From: an uncultured Planctomycetia bacterium | GTDB lineage: Bacteria; Omnitrophota; Gorgyraeia; Duberdicusellales; 4484-171 | NCBI GenBank assembly: GCA_964629655.1 | Contig: CAZVQU010000001.1 | Location: forward strand, 292,056 to 356,055 | Reading direction: 5' to 3' | DNA: 64,000 nucleotides | Shown here: one piece after another, positions 30,666 to 40,454 of the stretch | Position numbering within the stretch: position 1 is the first letter of the stretch | Layout of the letters: every line of letters begins with the position of its first letter | Made by a program: the position numbers and the translations under genes | Notes under the pieces: model-generated | What the model saw: the letters and a program-made list of their open reading frames with translations, nothing else | What the model was told of the DNA's origin: nothing | The model's database searches: none

Positions 30666-31799
30666 CTACCAACCCGACTTTATTAGTTTTACAATATATT
30701 CTCGATCTTCCGGCGAAACCCACCAGCCACACGGTATACATAGCTCCGTACTCTGAAATTTAGAAACGTTCGCTAGCTCCTCTTTTGAATCTTGAAAACA
30801 TGTATAGATATCATTACGAACATGCAAAAGGCTGTTATGCACCCCGTACTCAGTCAACTTACGAGAAAGGCCGTCACGCCTTTCGGCAAAAAGCATAAAA
30901 ACCCACCATGCCGGTTCAATATCTTGCGTAATATCCGGCAAAGTAACACCGGGGGTACCTTTTAAATTCTCTAAATAAAAATTTGCATTATCTTTATGCT
31001 TACTAACAATGGCATCAATGTGTTTAAGTTGTTCTATGCCAATAGCAGCAGCTAAATTATTCATATGCATCTTATATCCGGCCTCAATAACATCGCAACC
31101 CCAACGGCTCCCACGCCAATTCCCCGCCGCATCCTTGGTAGCTTCTCTATCTATGCCGAACCATTTAAGCTTACAGCCGCGACGGTAATTATTTTCATCT
31201 AGAAAAGAAAGCGCGCCTCCATCACCAGTCGTAAGATGTTTAATGGCCTGAAAACTAAAACAAGTAAAATCTGAGATGGAACCGATACTCCTACCCTTAT
31301 ACTTTGCTCCAAAAGCCTGTGCAGCATCCTCAATAATTTTAATATTATATCTTCTACCAATAGTTTTGATTTTATCTAAATCCGCTGGAATACCTGCCCA
31401 ATCAACAAAAAGAATCGCCTTTGTTTTTTCGGTGATTAACTTTTCTATTTTTTCGGCATCAATATTACCGGTTTTAGGGTTAATATCACACCACACCGGT
31501 TTTGCAAAAAGATTATTTATCGGGGTATTAGTTGCCACACAAGTCATTGGGGTAGTTATCACCTCTGTTCCAGGACCAACCCCGGCAATATTTAATGCAA
31601 TAGTTAACGCGCTAGCGCAACTATTTGTAGCCATAGTCAACTGGTTCTCAAACTTATTTTTAAGCTGTTTCTCAAACTCTGTAACCTGGATTCCTTCGTT
31701 AATGAAACCGGAAAAAAGAACATTTTTCATCGGTTCCATAACGTCTGCCGGCATATGAACCTTAAAAAGAGGTATATTCATTATCATTTTATTCATCAT
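30666..31799 (-). CDS. DegT/DnrJ/EryC1/StrS sugar aminotransferase
   Basis: IEDAAQAFGA and FSFQAIKHLTTGDGG (PLP lysine). Confidence 0.92.
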   Translation of the reverse strand: MMNKMIMNIPLFKVHMPADVMEPMKNVLFSGFINEGIQVTEFEKQLKNKFENQLTMATNSCASALTIALNIAGVGPGTEVITTPMTCVATNTPINNLFAKPVWCDINPKTGNIDAEKIEKLITEKTKAILFVDWAGIPADLDKIKTIGRRYNIKIIEDAAQAFGAKYKGRSIGSISDFTCFSFQAIKHLTTGDGGALSFLDENNYRRGCKLKWFGIDREATKDAAGNWRGSRWGCDVIEAGYKMHMNNLAAAIGIEQLKHIDAIVSKHKDNANFYLENLKGTPGVTLPDITQDIEPAWWVFMLFAERRDGLSRKLTEYGVHNSLLHVRNDIYTCFQDSKEELANVSKFQSTELCIPCGWWVSPEDREYIVKLIKSGW

Positions 31800-31813
31800 T
31801 ACTTATCCTTTTT

Positions 31814-32767
31814 TTAAAAAGTATCGGCCTCTAGAAAAGAAAACTCCTGCATTCCCGTTTTACTAAATAACAACTTTTTATTTAGAAGTTTATACATAAT
31901 TAAGGAATCTCTTTTTATCCTCGAGTTAGAAAATTTTGAAAAACTGTTTTTAACAATCTTCTTGTCCACTCTTAAGCAATTAATATTCGCTATGCGAGAA
32001 ACGTGACTTAATAGAAGAGTTAAATAACTACTATTATTTTCTTTGGAAGCGTATTCAACTATATCAATAACTTTCCCGGGTGGTTGATTAATAACTTTAC
32101 AGCGAATATATGCTTTTATTTCTTGACCTTCTTCTATAACTAAAAATAGCCTTTTATCTTCATTAAAATGGGAAAACTGCATAATCCAATCTCTGAATCC
32201 TCTTACTGCCGGGCCAAAATAATCTTTAAAATAATCACCATAAATATCCATTACCGATAAAATATCCTTTTCAAAATTGAATCTTCTTACCTTTATCTTC
32301 TTGCTAGAAAGCTCTACTGGTTTTTTCTTCTTTGGCTTAAGCAGATAACGCTCTTTTTCAATTCCGATAAATCCTAATTTTTTGTAAAAATCAGGGATTT
32401 TAGTCAATAAAGTCAATAAACAAACCTTTTCCTTTCTAAGATTATGAATAACTTTCTTTAATAATTTTAAGCAATACCCTTTATTTCTATATTCAGGAAA
32501 AGTACAAATTGCTCCTAACCCGACGACTGATAACTTATCTCCGTAATAATGGATCTTCTGTCTAAACAAATGAACATGGCTTATCAACTTATTTTCTTTC
32601 GTTAATATATAAGTATTCCTCCTGGCATAAGAGATATCTCCCAATATCCTTTTCAAGAAATATACCCTGTTTACTCTCGGAAAACACCTTTGAAGCATAT
32701 CAAAAACAGCACCTACTTCATTGCTGTTTCTAGGATGTCTTATCTGATAATCCTTGCTCACTTGCAC
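31814..32767 (-). CDS. GNAT N-acyltransferase (Eis-like tandem GNAT)
   Basis: GLGAICTFPEYRNKGY and FYKKLGF motifs. Confidence 0.85.
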   Translation of the reverse strand: MQVSKDYQIRHPRNSNEVGAVFDMLQRCFPRVNRVYFLKRILGDISYARRNTYILTKENKLISHVHLFRQKIHYYGDKLSVVGLGAICTFPEYRNKGYCLKLLKKVIHNLRKEKVCLLTLLTKIPDFYKKLGFIGIEKERYLLKPKKKKPVELSSKKIKVRRFNFEKDILSVMDIYGDYFKDYFGPAVRGFRDWIMQFSHFNEDKRLFLVIEEGQEIKAYIRCKVINQPPGKVIDIVEYASKENNSSYLTLLLSHVSRIANINCLRVDKKIVKNSFSKFSNSRIKRDSLIMYKLLNKKLLFSKTGMQEFSFLEADTF

Positions 32768-34202
32768 TGCCCTCTAATCTTTCGTGAATAAAGTTTTTCA
32801 TATACCCATACCACTCTTTACTATTCTTACCCTGGCTTATGAATTCACTGCAAAGCTTACCCATCTCAATACTGTCATGAATATCATTATTTAAGAACAA
32901 ACCCTGCCGGCCAAGTGAATAGAGATTGGGGTACTTTTCAATAATACCTAAAATATGATTAAGCTTCTTGTCAAAGTTTAAATCATATACAGGATAAATA
33001 TCCCGAGCCTTCAAAGAGAAATAATCAATAGTATGGCTTTCCTCAATTCCTAAGCGCTTTAAGTCATTTAAAGCTAATCGGAAAAATTCCTCTTCCGGCA
33101 TATTCCAAGTTTCATCGCCACAATTACAAGCAATATCCAAAGAAATAACAGTCTTACCCGGCGGTGAAGATTCGGCATTAAGATTCTTTTGTTCGCTTAA
33201 ACGGTTGAAGCGAAAACAGGAATCTAATAAGTAAAACCAATGAACATCTGAAAAATAATCCTTATCCAATACCACATAAATAATCCTAATATCCCTGTAT
33301 TTAAGCTGCTTCGACAAATCCTTAAGCCTATCATCCTTCTGATTTATCGAAATATATTCACATAAATACTTCAAAGGAATGCTCGAAACCAAATAATCAA
33401 ACTCTTTATTTATCTCCTGCCCATTACGCTCAAAACAAATATTCTTCAAAGTACTCCCTTCTGCGCTTATATGCTTAATTTTTGTATTGAGAAAAATACT
33501 GTTGTTTTCAGCCCGTAGAATTTCCTCCTGCATCTTCTCAAAAAGAGTTCCAATTCCAAAACGCGGATATAAATCATAATATTCTTTAACTCCGCCCTCA
33601 AGCGTAGAATCCCCTATTCCCAACACTTTTAAGATGATTTTTAATAGATTCAATCTTAACAATTTTTGCTGGGCAAGTTTACGAGAAAGCTTAAAACCCG
33701 GCACCCCCCACATTTTTTCAGAATAATTGCCGAATGCTAAACGGTACAAGGTATGCCCGAAAGCGTCTATTCCCCAATCTTGAAAAGTTTGAAATTCTCT
33801 ATTTTTTGCAAAAACCCTTCTTATCCTTACAGACATATAATCAATAAAAATCTTGAAAGACAACAAAGGATTTATTTTTAAAAGCGCCTCTTTAATATTT
33901 AAAGGATATTCTAAATTCTTTCCGTCTAAGATTAACCGGGATCTACGCCTGACTTTATGGCAATCGTCTCCAATTAACCCCTTAACCAACGCAACGATTT
34001 CTTCCTTTTTGATATGGAAAGCATGCGGGCCATAATCAACGATATAATCTTTTATTTTAAAACTTGCTGAAGCGCCGCCAACACAATTAGCGCGTTCGAT
34101 TATCGAAACTTGATAACCGGCTTGAGAAAGATAATAAGCTGCTCCTAACCCGGCCGGGCCCGCGCCCAGTACGATTACTCTCTTTCTTTCTTGCATTCCC
34201 AT
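32730..34202 (-). CDS. FAD-dependent oxidoreductase (HemY/UDP-galactopyranose-mutase-like superfamily)
   Basis: VLGAGPAGL, VGG, DYGPH, YSEKMWG, YPRFG and GRQGLF motifs. Confidence 0.85.
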   Translation of the reverse strand: MGMQERKRVIVLGAGPAGLGAAYYLSQAGYQVSIIERANCVGGASASFKIKDYIVDYGPHAFHIKKEEIVALVKGLIGDDCHKVRRRSRLILDGKNLEYPLNIKEALLKINPLLSFKIFIDYMSVRIRRVFAKNREFQTFQDWGIDAFGHTLYRLAFGNYSEKMWGVPGFKLSRKLAQQKLLRLNLLKIILKVLGIGDSTLEGGVKEYYDLYPRFGIGTLFEKMQEEILRAENNSIFLNTKIKHISAEGSTLKNICFERNGQEINKEFDYLVSSIPLKYLCEYISINQKDDRLKDLSKQLKYRDIRIIYVVLDKDYFSDVHWFYLLDSCFRFNRLSEQKNLNAESSPPGKTVISLDIACNCGDETWNMPEEEFFRLALNDLKRLGIEESHTIDYFSLKARDIYPVYDLNFDKKLNHILGIIEKYPNLYSLGRQGLFLNNDIHDSIEMGKLCSEFISQGKNSKEWYGYMKNFIHERLEGSASEQGLSDKTS

Positions 34203-35935
34203 TTTAATCCATCCTTGTATTTATAAACCATTCCAAACAAACACCAAAAAGGGATTGCCCAATGAGGAAGTTCTAAAATCACCATGAAATTGCTAACAGT
34301 CATCCAGTATAACAAAACAGAAGTTAAAAAAATACCTTTAATATTACGAGTCCTGATAAATGCTACAACCATCTTGATGAACAGACCTACTACCGCAATA
34401 ATAAATAATATACCGCCAATTCCTGCTCTATATATCATGTGGATATAAGCATTATGCGGTTCAACCCAACCTACTCTTGTTTTCCAGCTTTCATCAAATC
34501 TTGATATTTCTAATTTCTTGGAACGAAATGGTTTGCCAAAATCTAAACCAAATATTTTTCTTTCTCTAAACAATTCCTCAAGCATATCCTGCCACATAAA
34601 CAAACGATAAAGAATATTTCCCAAATACATATTAGTGGGAACTATAACATTGTCGCCTTGAACCTGCCGGGAAATCGCATACTTCTCAGCAATCCAATCA
34701 ATCAGTTCTTTTTTATCAACTGTCTTAAGCTTACCTGCGGAAAATTCCTTTTCTTGAAACGGCTCTTTGTAAAGAATAAATTCTTTATCTTCAACTGCAG
34801 GATTAGTGGTAAAACTATATTGCCCATCATCACTATTGCTTGAAACAATACGCTCCTTAACTCCGCTTGCGGCCAGCTCAACCAGCCTACCCTTATCTAT
34901 ATTTTGGAGAATGCTTCTGACCTCTTCCTCATCCAGAAATTTAGCTTTAGATTCTGCGACAGGTTTAGGTTGAAGTTGAGGTTCAGGTTCGGGTTGGGGT
35001 CCAGATGGAGGTTGAGGTGAAACGTCAGTCGCGGACCAAAGCCAATAAGAATCATTCCTCTGATATACTCTTACTTTCGGATCAGCAAAACTAAAATATT
35101 TCTCTCTCGCTTTAATTCTCTCTACCTGCGCTTTATATGACCTAAAAATCGCTTTAATATCAACTAAGGATCTGGCAGCTGCTTTATTACCGCTAATACT
35201 CCAAAAGGCTATCACCAGTAATACAAAAAGAAACAGTAAGATTATTCTTTTGTGCATCGCCTTCAGATTAAGAAAATACCACACAATAACAACGGATAAA
35301 AATGTGTAGCCCACAAGGCTGCTCACTAACACATTTCTCCCTCCAAGAAGCGTAATAAGAAGATTAGTATAACAAATAACAACAAACGAAATGATTAAAA
35401 TGTATCTTAATTTTCTGCGTTTTATCTCCATGAAAAGCAATAATGTCAGCATGAGATATCCAAAGTAAAATGTCTTATAGCCCTGCCTTAAAAAAACAGT
35501 GATGATCAAAAGAGACAGTATTGTGTATCTTACGAACCTATTTTTAAAAAATTTGCTATCATAAAAATAATACCCGATAACTATAAATAACGGATAATAG
35601 AAAAGTGCCGCGTTCCTGAAAGCCAAGGGTCCCCATTCAAAATAACCGTAAAATGCCTTAAATAAAACGAACAGCATGTAAGCAAATAAAAGATAGTGCC
35701 AACGATTCAACTGTATTGGAGAATTTTTCCATTTTATAAAAAACATAATGATACAAAATCCGAGAAGCATTTCACCAACAAATATTGGAAAGTTTAGGAA
35801 AGGAAATTGTATATTTAATTCAGCAAAATTAGACCAAAAAATAGAGTAGCAATAACAAAAAACGCCAAGTATGGATAATACTGTCCAATCAATAATTCTA
35901 TTTATATTTACATTTTTTCCGCCCAGTTTTTCCAT
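34175..35935 (-). CDS. O-antigen polymerase/ligase (Wzy_C/WaaL family) with a large Pro-rich extracytoplasmic insert
   Basis: About 11 TM segments; YRLFMW and EPHNAYIHMIYRAGIGG motifs. Confidence 0.75.
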   Translation of the reverse strand: MEKLGGKNVNINRIIDWTVLSILGVFCYCYSIFWSNFAELNIQFPFLNFPIFVGEMLLGFCIIMFFIKWKNSPIQLNRWHYLLFAYMLFVLFKAFYGYFEWGPLAFRNAALFYYPLFIVIGYYFYDSKFFKNRFVRYTILSLLIITVFLRQGYKTFYFGYLMLTLLLFMEIKRRKLRYILIISFVVICYTNLLITLLGGRNVLVSSLVGYTFLSVVIVWYFLNLKAMHKRIILLFLFVLLVIAFWSISGNKAAARSLVDIKAIFRSYKAQVERIKAREKYFSFADPKVRVYQRNDSYWLWSATDVSPQPPSGPQPEPEPQLQPKPVAESKAKFLDEEEVRSILQNIDKGRLVELAASGVKERIVSSNSDDGQYSFTTNPAVEDKEFILYKEPFQEKEFSAGKLKTVDKKELIDWIAEKYAISRQVQGDNVIVPTNMYLGNILYRLFMWQDMLEELFRERKIFGLDFGKPFRSKKLEISRFDESWKTRVGWVEPHNAYIHMIYRAGIGGILFIIAVVGLFIKMVVAFIRTRNIKGIFLTSVLLYWMTVSNFMVILELPHWAIPFWCLFGMVYKYKDGLKWECKKERE

Positions 35936-35978
35936 CGTAATTCACTCCTTCTTTTTTAAATCTGAATCCGCGTTAAAA

Positions 35979-36743
35979 TTACCCCAAACCTATTAGCGTA
36001 AGAACGTTTTTGCAGAATACTCGTAATAACTTTTTTATAAATAACCCCAATCCAACATATTTTCGCCGATAAAATTCACAGGGAACCAAATGATTCCTTT
36101 TAATCTTTGTCAATATACCCCTCGTAAGACTACTATTATTTTCCCTGTGTATAGCCAAAGGTTTATCAATGAACCCTATTTTATAAATACGAGCTATCCT
36201 TAACCAGTAATCATAGTCCTCTACCGCTTTTAACCGTATATCCTCATCAAACATTCCTATTTTATCGATAACTTCACGCCTTATCAAGACCGTAGAAGCA
36301 GCAATAGGGCAGAGCGATAAAAACAATTCCTTAAAAATAAATCCTTGTTTACTATTGTGAGGCACTAATTTTTCTTTAATTCCATCCTTCAACAGGCATT
36401 GTGTATATACAAGGCCTGTTTCTTTATCTTTGGACATTTTATCCACCTGCAATTTTAATTTTTCCGGCATCCATATATCATCATCGTCACAAAAAGCCAA
36501 ATATTCTCCTTTTGCTTTATTCATCCCATAATTTCTAGGGACAGCAGGTCTGTGACTGTGAGAAATTTCATAGTATTTCAGCCGTGAATCGTCAAATGCT
36601 CCTACTGTCATTCTGGTATCATTACAATAGCCGTCCGAGACAACTATTGCTTCTAAGTCAGAGTAGGTTTGATTAAGTACCGACTGTATCGTGTCCTTTA
36701 TTATCTTAGCGCGATTGTATGTCGGTATAATTACGGAAACCAA
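35979..36743 (-). CDS. Glycosyltransferase family 2
   Basis: VSVIIPTYNR, AFCDDDD and VEDYDYWLR motifs. Confidence 0.93.
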   Translation of the reverse strand: MVSVIIPTYNRAKIIKDTIQSVLNQTYSDLEAIVVSDGYCNDTRMTVGAFDDSRLKYYEISHSHRPAVPRNYGMNKAKGEYLAFCDDDDIWMPEKLKLQVDKMSKDKETGLVYTQCLLKDGIKEKLVPHNSKQGFIFKELFLSLCPIAASTVLIRREVIDKIGMFDEDIRLKAVEDYDYWLRIARIYKIGFIDKPLAIHRENNSSLTRGILTKIKRNHLVPCEFYRRKYVGLGLFIKKLLRVFCKNVLTLIGLG

Positions 36744-36755
36744 TCTAGCTCCTTT

Positions 36756-38717
36756 CTATGCAAGTAGCCTCTCCCATCTATGTAGCGAATCATCAAAACA
36801 CCAATATTTCAAAATAAATTCTTTAATTTCTAAGAAGTTTTCTATCTTACTGTTACCCAGAGACTCTTCAACCGCCGACCTTAACTCCTCAGCGTTCCTC
36901 ACTTTTGAATAATATTTCTCAAATCCCTGTAACGGACTCATAAACATACTGTTATTAAAAACAGGCGTTATAACTTTACATCCAGTCATTAAAGCTTCCA
37001 AAGCAACGGTAGAATTGCCAACTATCACAACCTTAGCAGCCTCAAGTAAATCTTTCAACGACCTATCCTTAACTATCCGGCCGCGGTTGCTAATATCCAT
37101 GTTCACCTCATCTAATGTCTGTTTAAAAGGCAAACAAGGATGTTCTCTCAGCCAAACTTTAAACGCTGAAGGCTGAGGAAATGCTTCATAAAATAAAGAA
37201 ATTAATGCCTGGTCTTCTATTTTCTTTCCCCACCCCACAAGAAGCACTACATTCTTCTTTCTGGGAAAATCTTGTCTATTGAGATATTCATTTAAATATA
37301 AATATCGTATAGCTTCGACTTTTATAGCACGAGGATACCCATAATCTTTCATAACTTTCAATGGAACATCTCCATTACAAGCTAAAGCATCAGGCAGAGG
37401 CAACGAATCCATTTCACTCCGGTGATGAGAATAAGGAAAGAAATTTTTCGGTACAGAGCTATGTATAAAAGCTATTGTTTTTGTCCGCGGAGACACTATC
37501 TGTTTAGCGGAGCATAAAGCTTTCTCCCAAGCCTGCATTTCAGCATAATAAATACATTGATCAATTCCAGAGAAATAAGAAAACATGCTTTTAAACAACT
37601 CAAGATGTAAAATCCCCCTTACACCCACACCGCCCACAAAAGAATCACGCATTAATTTCTTAAGAAAAAAAGTTGACTCCGGGAGAGACAAATTCTTACA
37701 AAGAGTATCTTTGGAAGTTAATCTCTCTACCTTTAAGAAAATTAATGTTTGGCGTAACCATAAGAAAAATACTCTCAGCAATATTTTCAAAGACAAAAAT
37801 TCATAAAAAAGAAAATTTACCTCTCCGTTTCTCTGAAATTTCTCAGCCAGCATAACCGCATCAGCATAATTTTTTCTATACAAGTAATTATACATCCATA
37901 TCCATATAATTTTCTTATCCATCTTAAGAATCTTATCCTGGAGCCAAGGGGTATACTTATTCTTCAATACACCTTTCGTGGCCGCCTGTTCATCTACGGA
38001 CGGAAAATAACTAACAAACAAAATTGTCTTTTTAGGATTAGGGATTCTTGATTTAACAGGCCCCATAATCCATCTTGCTCTAAACGCACGGAAAGTGTAA
38101 ATAGCCAAATTTGCTAATCCTTTAAAAGCAGAGTTGAATATGGCGACATGGTTAAAATAAGGCTTTGCGCTTTGGTTAAATAAATTCCATCTCCGATAGA
38201 ACGGTTTAATGCTTAAGCCTTTAGTGGAGTTGCGGTTGCAAACCTTCTCCAACGCGGAGCAAAATAAAGAGTCCACAAAAGAAAAAATACATAAATCGAA
38301 AGCCCCTGATAGTATAATATTATCTATAGCTTGTAACTGGGCAATACGAAAAAAAATATCTGTTTTTAGAGAATTTTTCTCAGACAACAAAGAAAACCAC
38401 CAGGCGCTAACCCCGCTTCCCGGAAGAAAAAACCAATCTCTTATGGTTTTACCGCCTACAATAGACTTACCAAGAACAGACGACCACTCAGGAAGCCTCT
38501 CTCGTAATGTATCAACCTCTGAATCTACTAATTTAGCAGTTTCCTCGACCTTTACACTATCAGCGCCGATTGATTGGCAGAAACCTTTTATATCGCAAAT
38601 CAATTTTTGATTAGGCGTTAAAGGAAACAATACAATAGAGGCGGATTTTAACCGGCTTATTCTCTTTTGCAATAGCTTTACATTAATTTTCTGGTCAAAG
38701 GCTATTAAAACTCTCAT
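36756..38717 (-). CDS. Surface carbohydrate biosynthesis protein (TIGR04326/LIC13510-like), probable GT-B transferase
   Basis: SAWWFSLLSEKN, YYAEMQAWEKAL, VEAIRYLYL, REHP and STVALEAL motifs. Confidence 0.6.
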   Translation of the reverse strand: MRVLIAFDQKINVKLLQKRISRLKSASIVLFPLTPNQKLICDIKGFCQSIGADSVKVEETAKLVDSEVDTLRERLPEWSSVLGKSIVGGKTIRDWFFLPGSGVSAWWFSLLSEKNSLKTDIFFRIAQLQAIDNIILSGAFDLCIFSFVDSLFCSALEKVCNRNSTKGLSIKPFYRRWNLFNQSAKPYFNHVAIFNSAFKGLANLAIYTFRAFRARWIMGPVKSRIPNPKKTILFVSYFPSVDEQAATKGVLKNKYTPWLQDKILKMDKKIIWIWMYNYLYRKNYADAVMLAEKFQRNGEVNFLFYEFLSLKILLRVFFLWLRQTLIFLKVERLTSKDTLCKNLSLPESTFFLKKLMRDSFVGGVGVRGILHLELFKSMFSYFSGIDQCIYYAEMQAWEKALCSAKQIVSPRTKTIAFIHSSVPKNFFPYSHHRSEMDSLPLPDALACNGDVPLKVMKDYGYPRAIKVEAIRYLYLNEYLNRQDFPRKKNVVLLVGWGKKIEDQALISLFYEAFPQPSAFKVWLREHPCLPFKQTLDEVNMDISNRGRIVKDRSLKDLLEAAKVVIVGNSTVALEALMTGCKVITPVFNNSMFMSPLQGFEKYYSKVRNAEELRSAVEESLGNSKIENFLEIKEFILKYWCFDDSLHRWERLLA

Positions 38718-38749
38718 TATTTTTAAATTTTAATATTAACTAAAACTAC

Positions 38750-39499
38750 TCACAAACATCCGTTGGAAGCATACAGATAACACGAATGCTCTTTGGAAGC
38801 TTTTTCCATATTTAATTTGCCTCCGGCGCCTAACAATATAGGCAAACCGCCCGCAACATCCCAAAGCATTATGTCCTTTTCGTAATAAACATCGGATCTC
38901 CCTATTGCTACATACGCTATTGATAACGCGGCCGAACCTAAAAACCGAATCTTCTTATAAGAACGTACGTCTTCTATAAACTTTTGGATGCCGTCAGAAG
39001 AAAAATCTGTGTTTACCGGAAATCCGCTGCATAAAACAGCCTTGCTCTTCTGGGCGGTATTGCTCACTTTTACAGAAACATCATTAAGCCAAGCGCCAAT
39101 ATCCGCGATACCCGTGAATAACTCGAATCTGTTGAAATCATAAACAGCGCCCAATACAGGTGTATCTTTCTGCCAAAGGCCTATAGAAATACAGGAAAGA
39201 GGAATCCCCCGCTTATAATTTAAAGTACCGTCTAAAGGGTCAACAATCCAAGTGAATTCCTGATCAGCTCCTGAAATCAATCCACTCTCTTCGGAAAGAA
39301 TTGAAAAATTAGATTTTTTTTTCAAACAATCAAAAATAATCCGTTCAGATTCGGTGTCAGCCGCGATCTTGATATCCCGTCCAAGCTCCGCGTTAACCCT
39401 TTTACTTAATTGTTTATGTTCTGAAAGAAACGCCCCGGCCGAACAAACAGCCTCTTTAGCTATCTCTAACCAAGTTTTAACACCGGTTTCAGGCAACAT
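38750..39499 (-). CDS. Inositol monophosphatase family protein
   Basis: LSEE, WIVDPLDGTLNY, GSAAL and WDVAGG motifs. Confidence 0.92.
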   Translation of the reverse strand: MLPETGVKTWLEIAKEAVCSAGAFLSEHKQLSKRVNAELGRDIKIAADTESERIIFDCLKKKSNFSILSEESGLISGADQEFTWIVDPLDGTLNYKRGIPLSCISIGLWQKDTPVLGAVYDFNRFELFTGIADIGAWLNDVSVKVSNTAQKSKAVLCSGFPVNTDFSSDGIQKFIEDVRSYKKIRFLGSAALSIAYVAIGRSDVYYEKDIMLWDVAGGLPILLGAGGKLNMEKASKEHSCYLYASNGCL

Positions 39500-40424
39500 T
39501 CTCTATCTCCTTAAGCCCGGATATTAAATTGTTAACTGCTTTAATTTCCATAGACTTCCGACACTCCGCGGTATACGAGCCTACATGAGGTGTCAAGATA
39601 ACTTGAGGATATTTTCTCAGAAGCCCGGAATAGGGCTCACAGTTAAAAGTATCTATCCAAGCTCCTTTAATTTTCCCCTCCTCTAATGCCCGCGCTAAGG
39701 CTTCTTCATTGACCGAACTTCCCCGGGCAGCATTTAATAAAAAAGTCCCTTTTTTAATAAGCTCAAATTCATCTTTGCCGATAATCTCGCCCGCGCCGCT
39801 GGAATGAACTGTAATTACGTCTGCCTGAGAAAGCGCCTTATTAAGCGGAAATACTTCAATTCCCTCTATGTTTTCCTGTAAGTTAGGGTCAACAGCAATA
39901 ACATTGGCACCAAAACCCTTCAGTAGCTCGGCAACCCTTCTGCCAATGCGGCCAAAACCAACGATTGCGACTGTCTTGCCTTTAATCTGGACACCAATCC
40001 TCTTTTTCCACTCACCTTGATGTAAATCTTTATCCATCTGAGGAATCATCCTCAACAAACTAAGTAAAGCTCCTAAGGTTAACTCGGCAACAGCATCAAC
40101 CGGGGCACGGGGAGTTGAATATACTTTAATCCCCAAATCCTTCGCGGCTTCTAAATCAACATTTGACATGCCCGACCCGCAACGGGAAATTACCTTTAAT
40201 TTTGTTTTTCCCAAAACATCACGGCTAAGCGGCTCCAACCCGGCAATAAGCCCTGTTACCTTATCCGACAAAAGTTCCAACAGTTCCTCTTTGGTTAATC
40301 TACGCTTATAAGGATTTTCAATAATTTCACAGCCTTCTCCCGCCAAATAAATCAAAGGAGCCCGATCCTGAACCCCGAATGTAGAAGGTCCTAACAAAAC
40401 TTTTACGCCTCCTAGCTGCTTCAT
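39489..40424 (-). CDS. D-2-hydroxyacid dehydrogenase (SerA-like, no ACT domain)
   Basis: AVAEL, GFGRIG, NAARG, EP and LTPHVGS motifs. Confidence 0.9.
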   Translation of the reverse strand: MKQLGGVKVLLGPSTFGVQDRAPLIYLAGEGCEIIENPYKRRLTKEELLELLSDKVTGLIAGLEPLSRDVLGKTKLKVISRCGSGMSNVDLEAAKDLGIKVYSTPRAPVDAVAELTLGALLSLLRMIPQMDKDLHQGEWKKRIGVQIKGKTVAIVGFGRIGRRVAELLKGFGANVIAVDPNLQENIEGIEVFPLNKALSQADVITVHSSGAGEIIGKDEFELIKKGTFLLNAARGSSVNEEALARALEEGKIKGAWIDTFNCEPYSGLLRKYPQVILTPHVGSYTAECRKSMEIKAVNNLISGLKEIENVA

Positions 40425-40454
40425 TTCTTTCTCCCTATTAATCCGCTAAAAAAC

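Noticed and set aside
39314-39322. T9 and several A8/T8 runs
   Set aside because: Such runs are expected in AT-rich, Lys/Phe-rich coding DNA, and the frames are intact.
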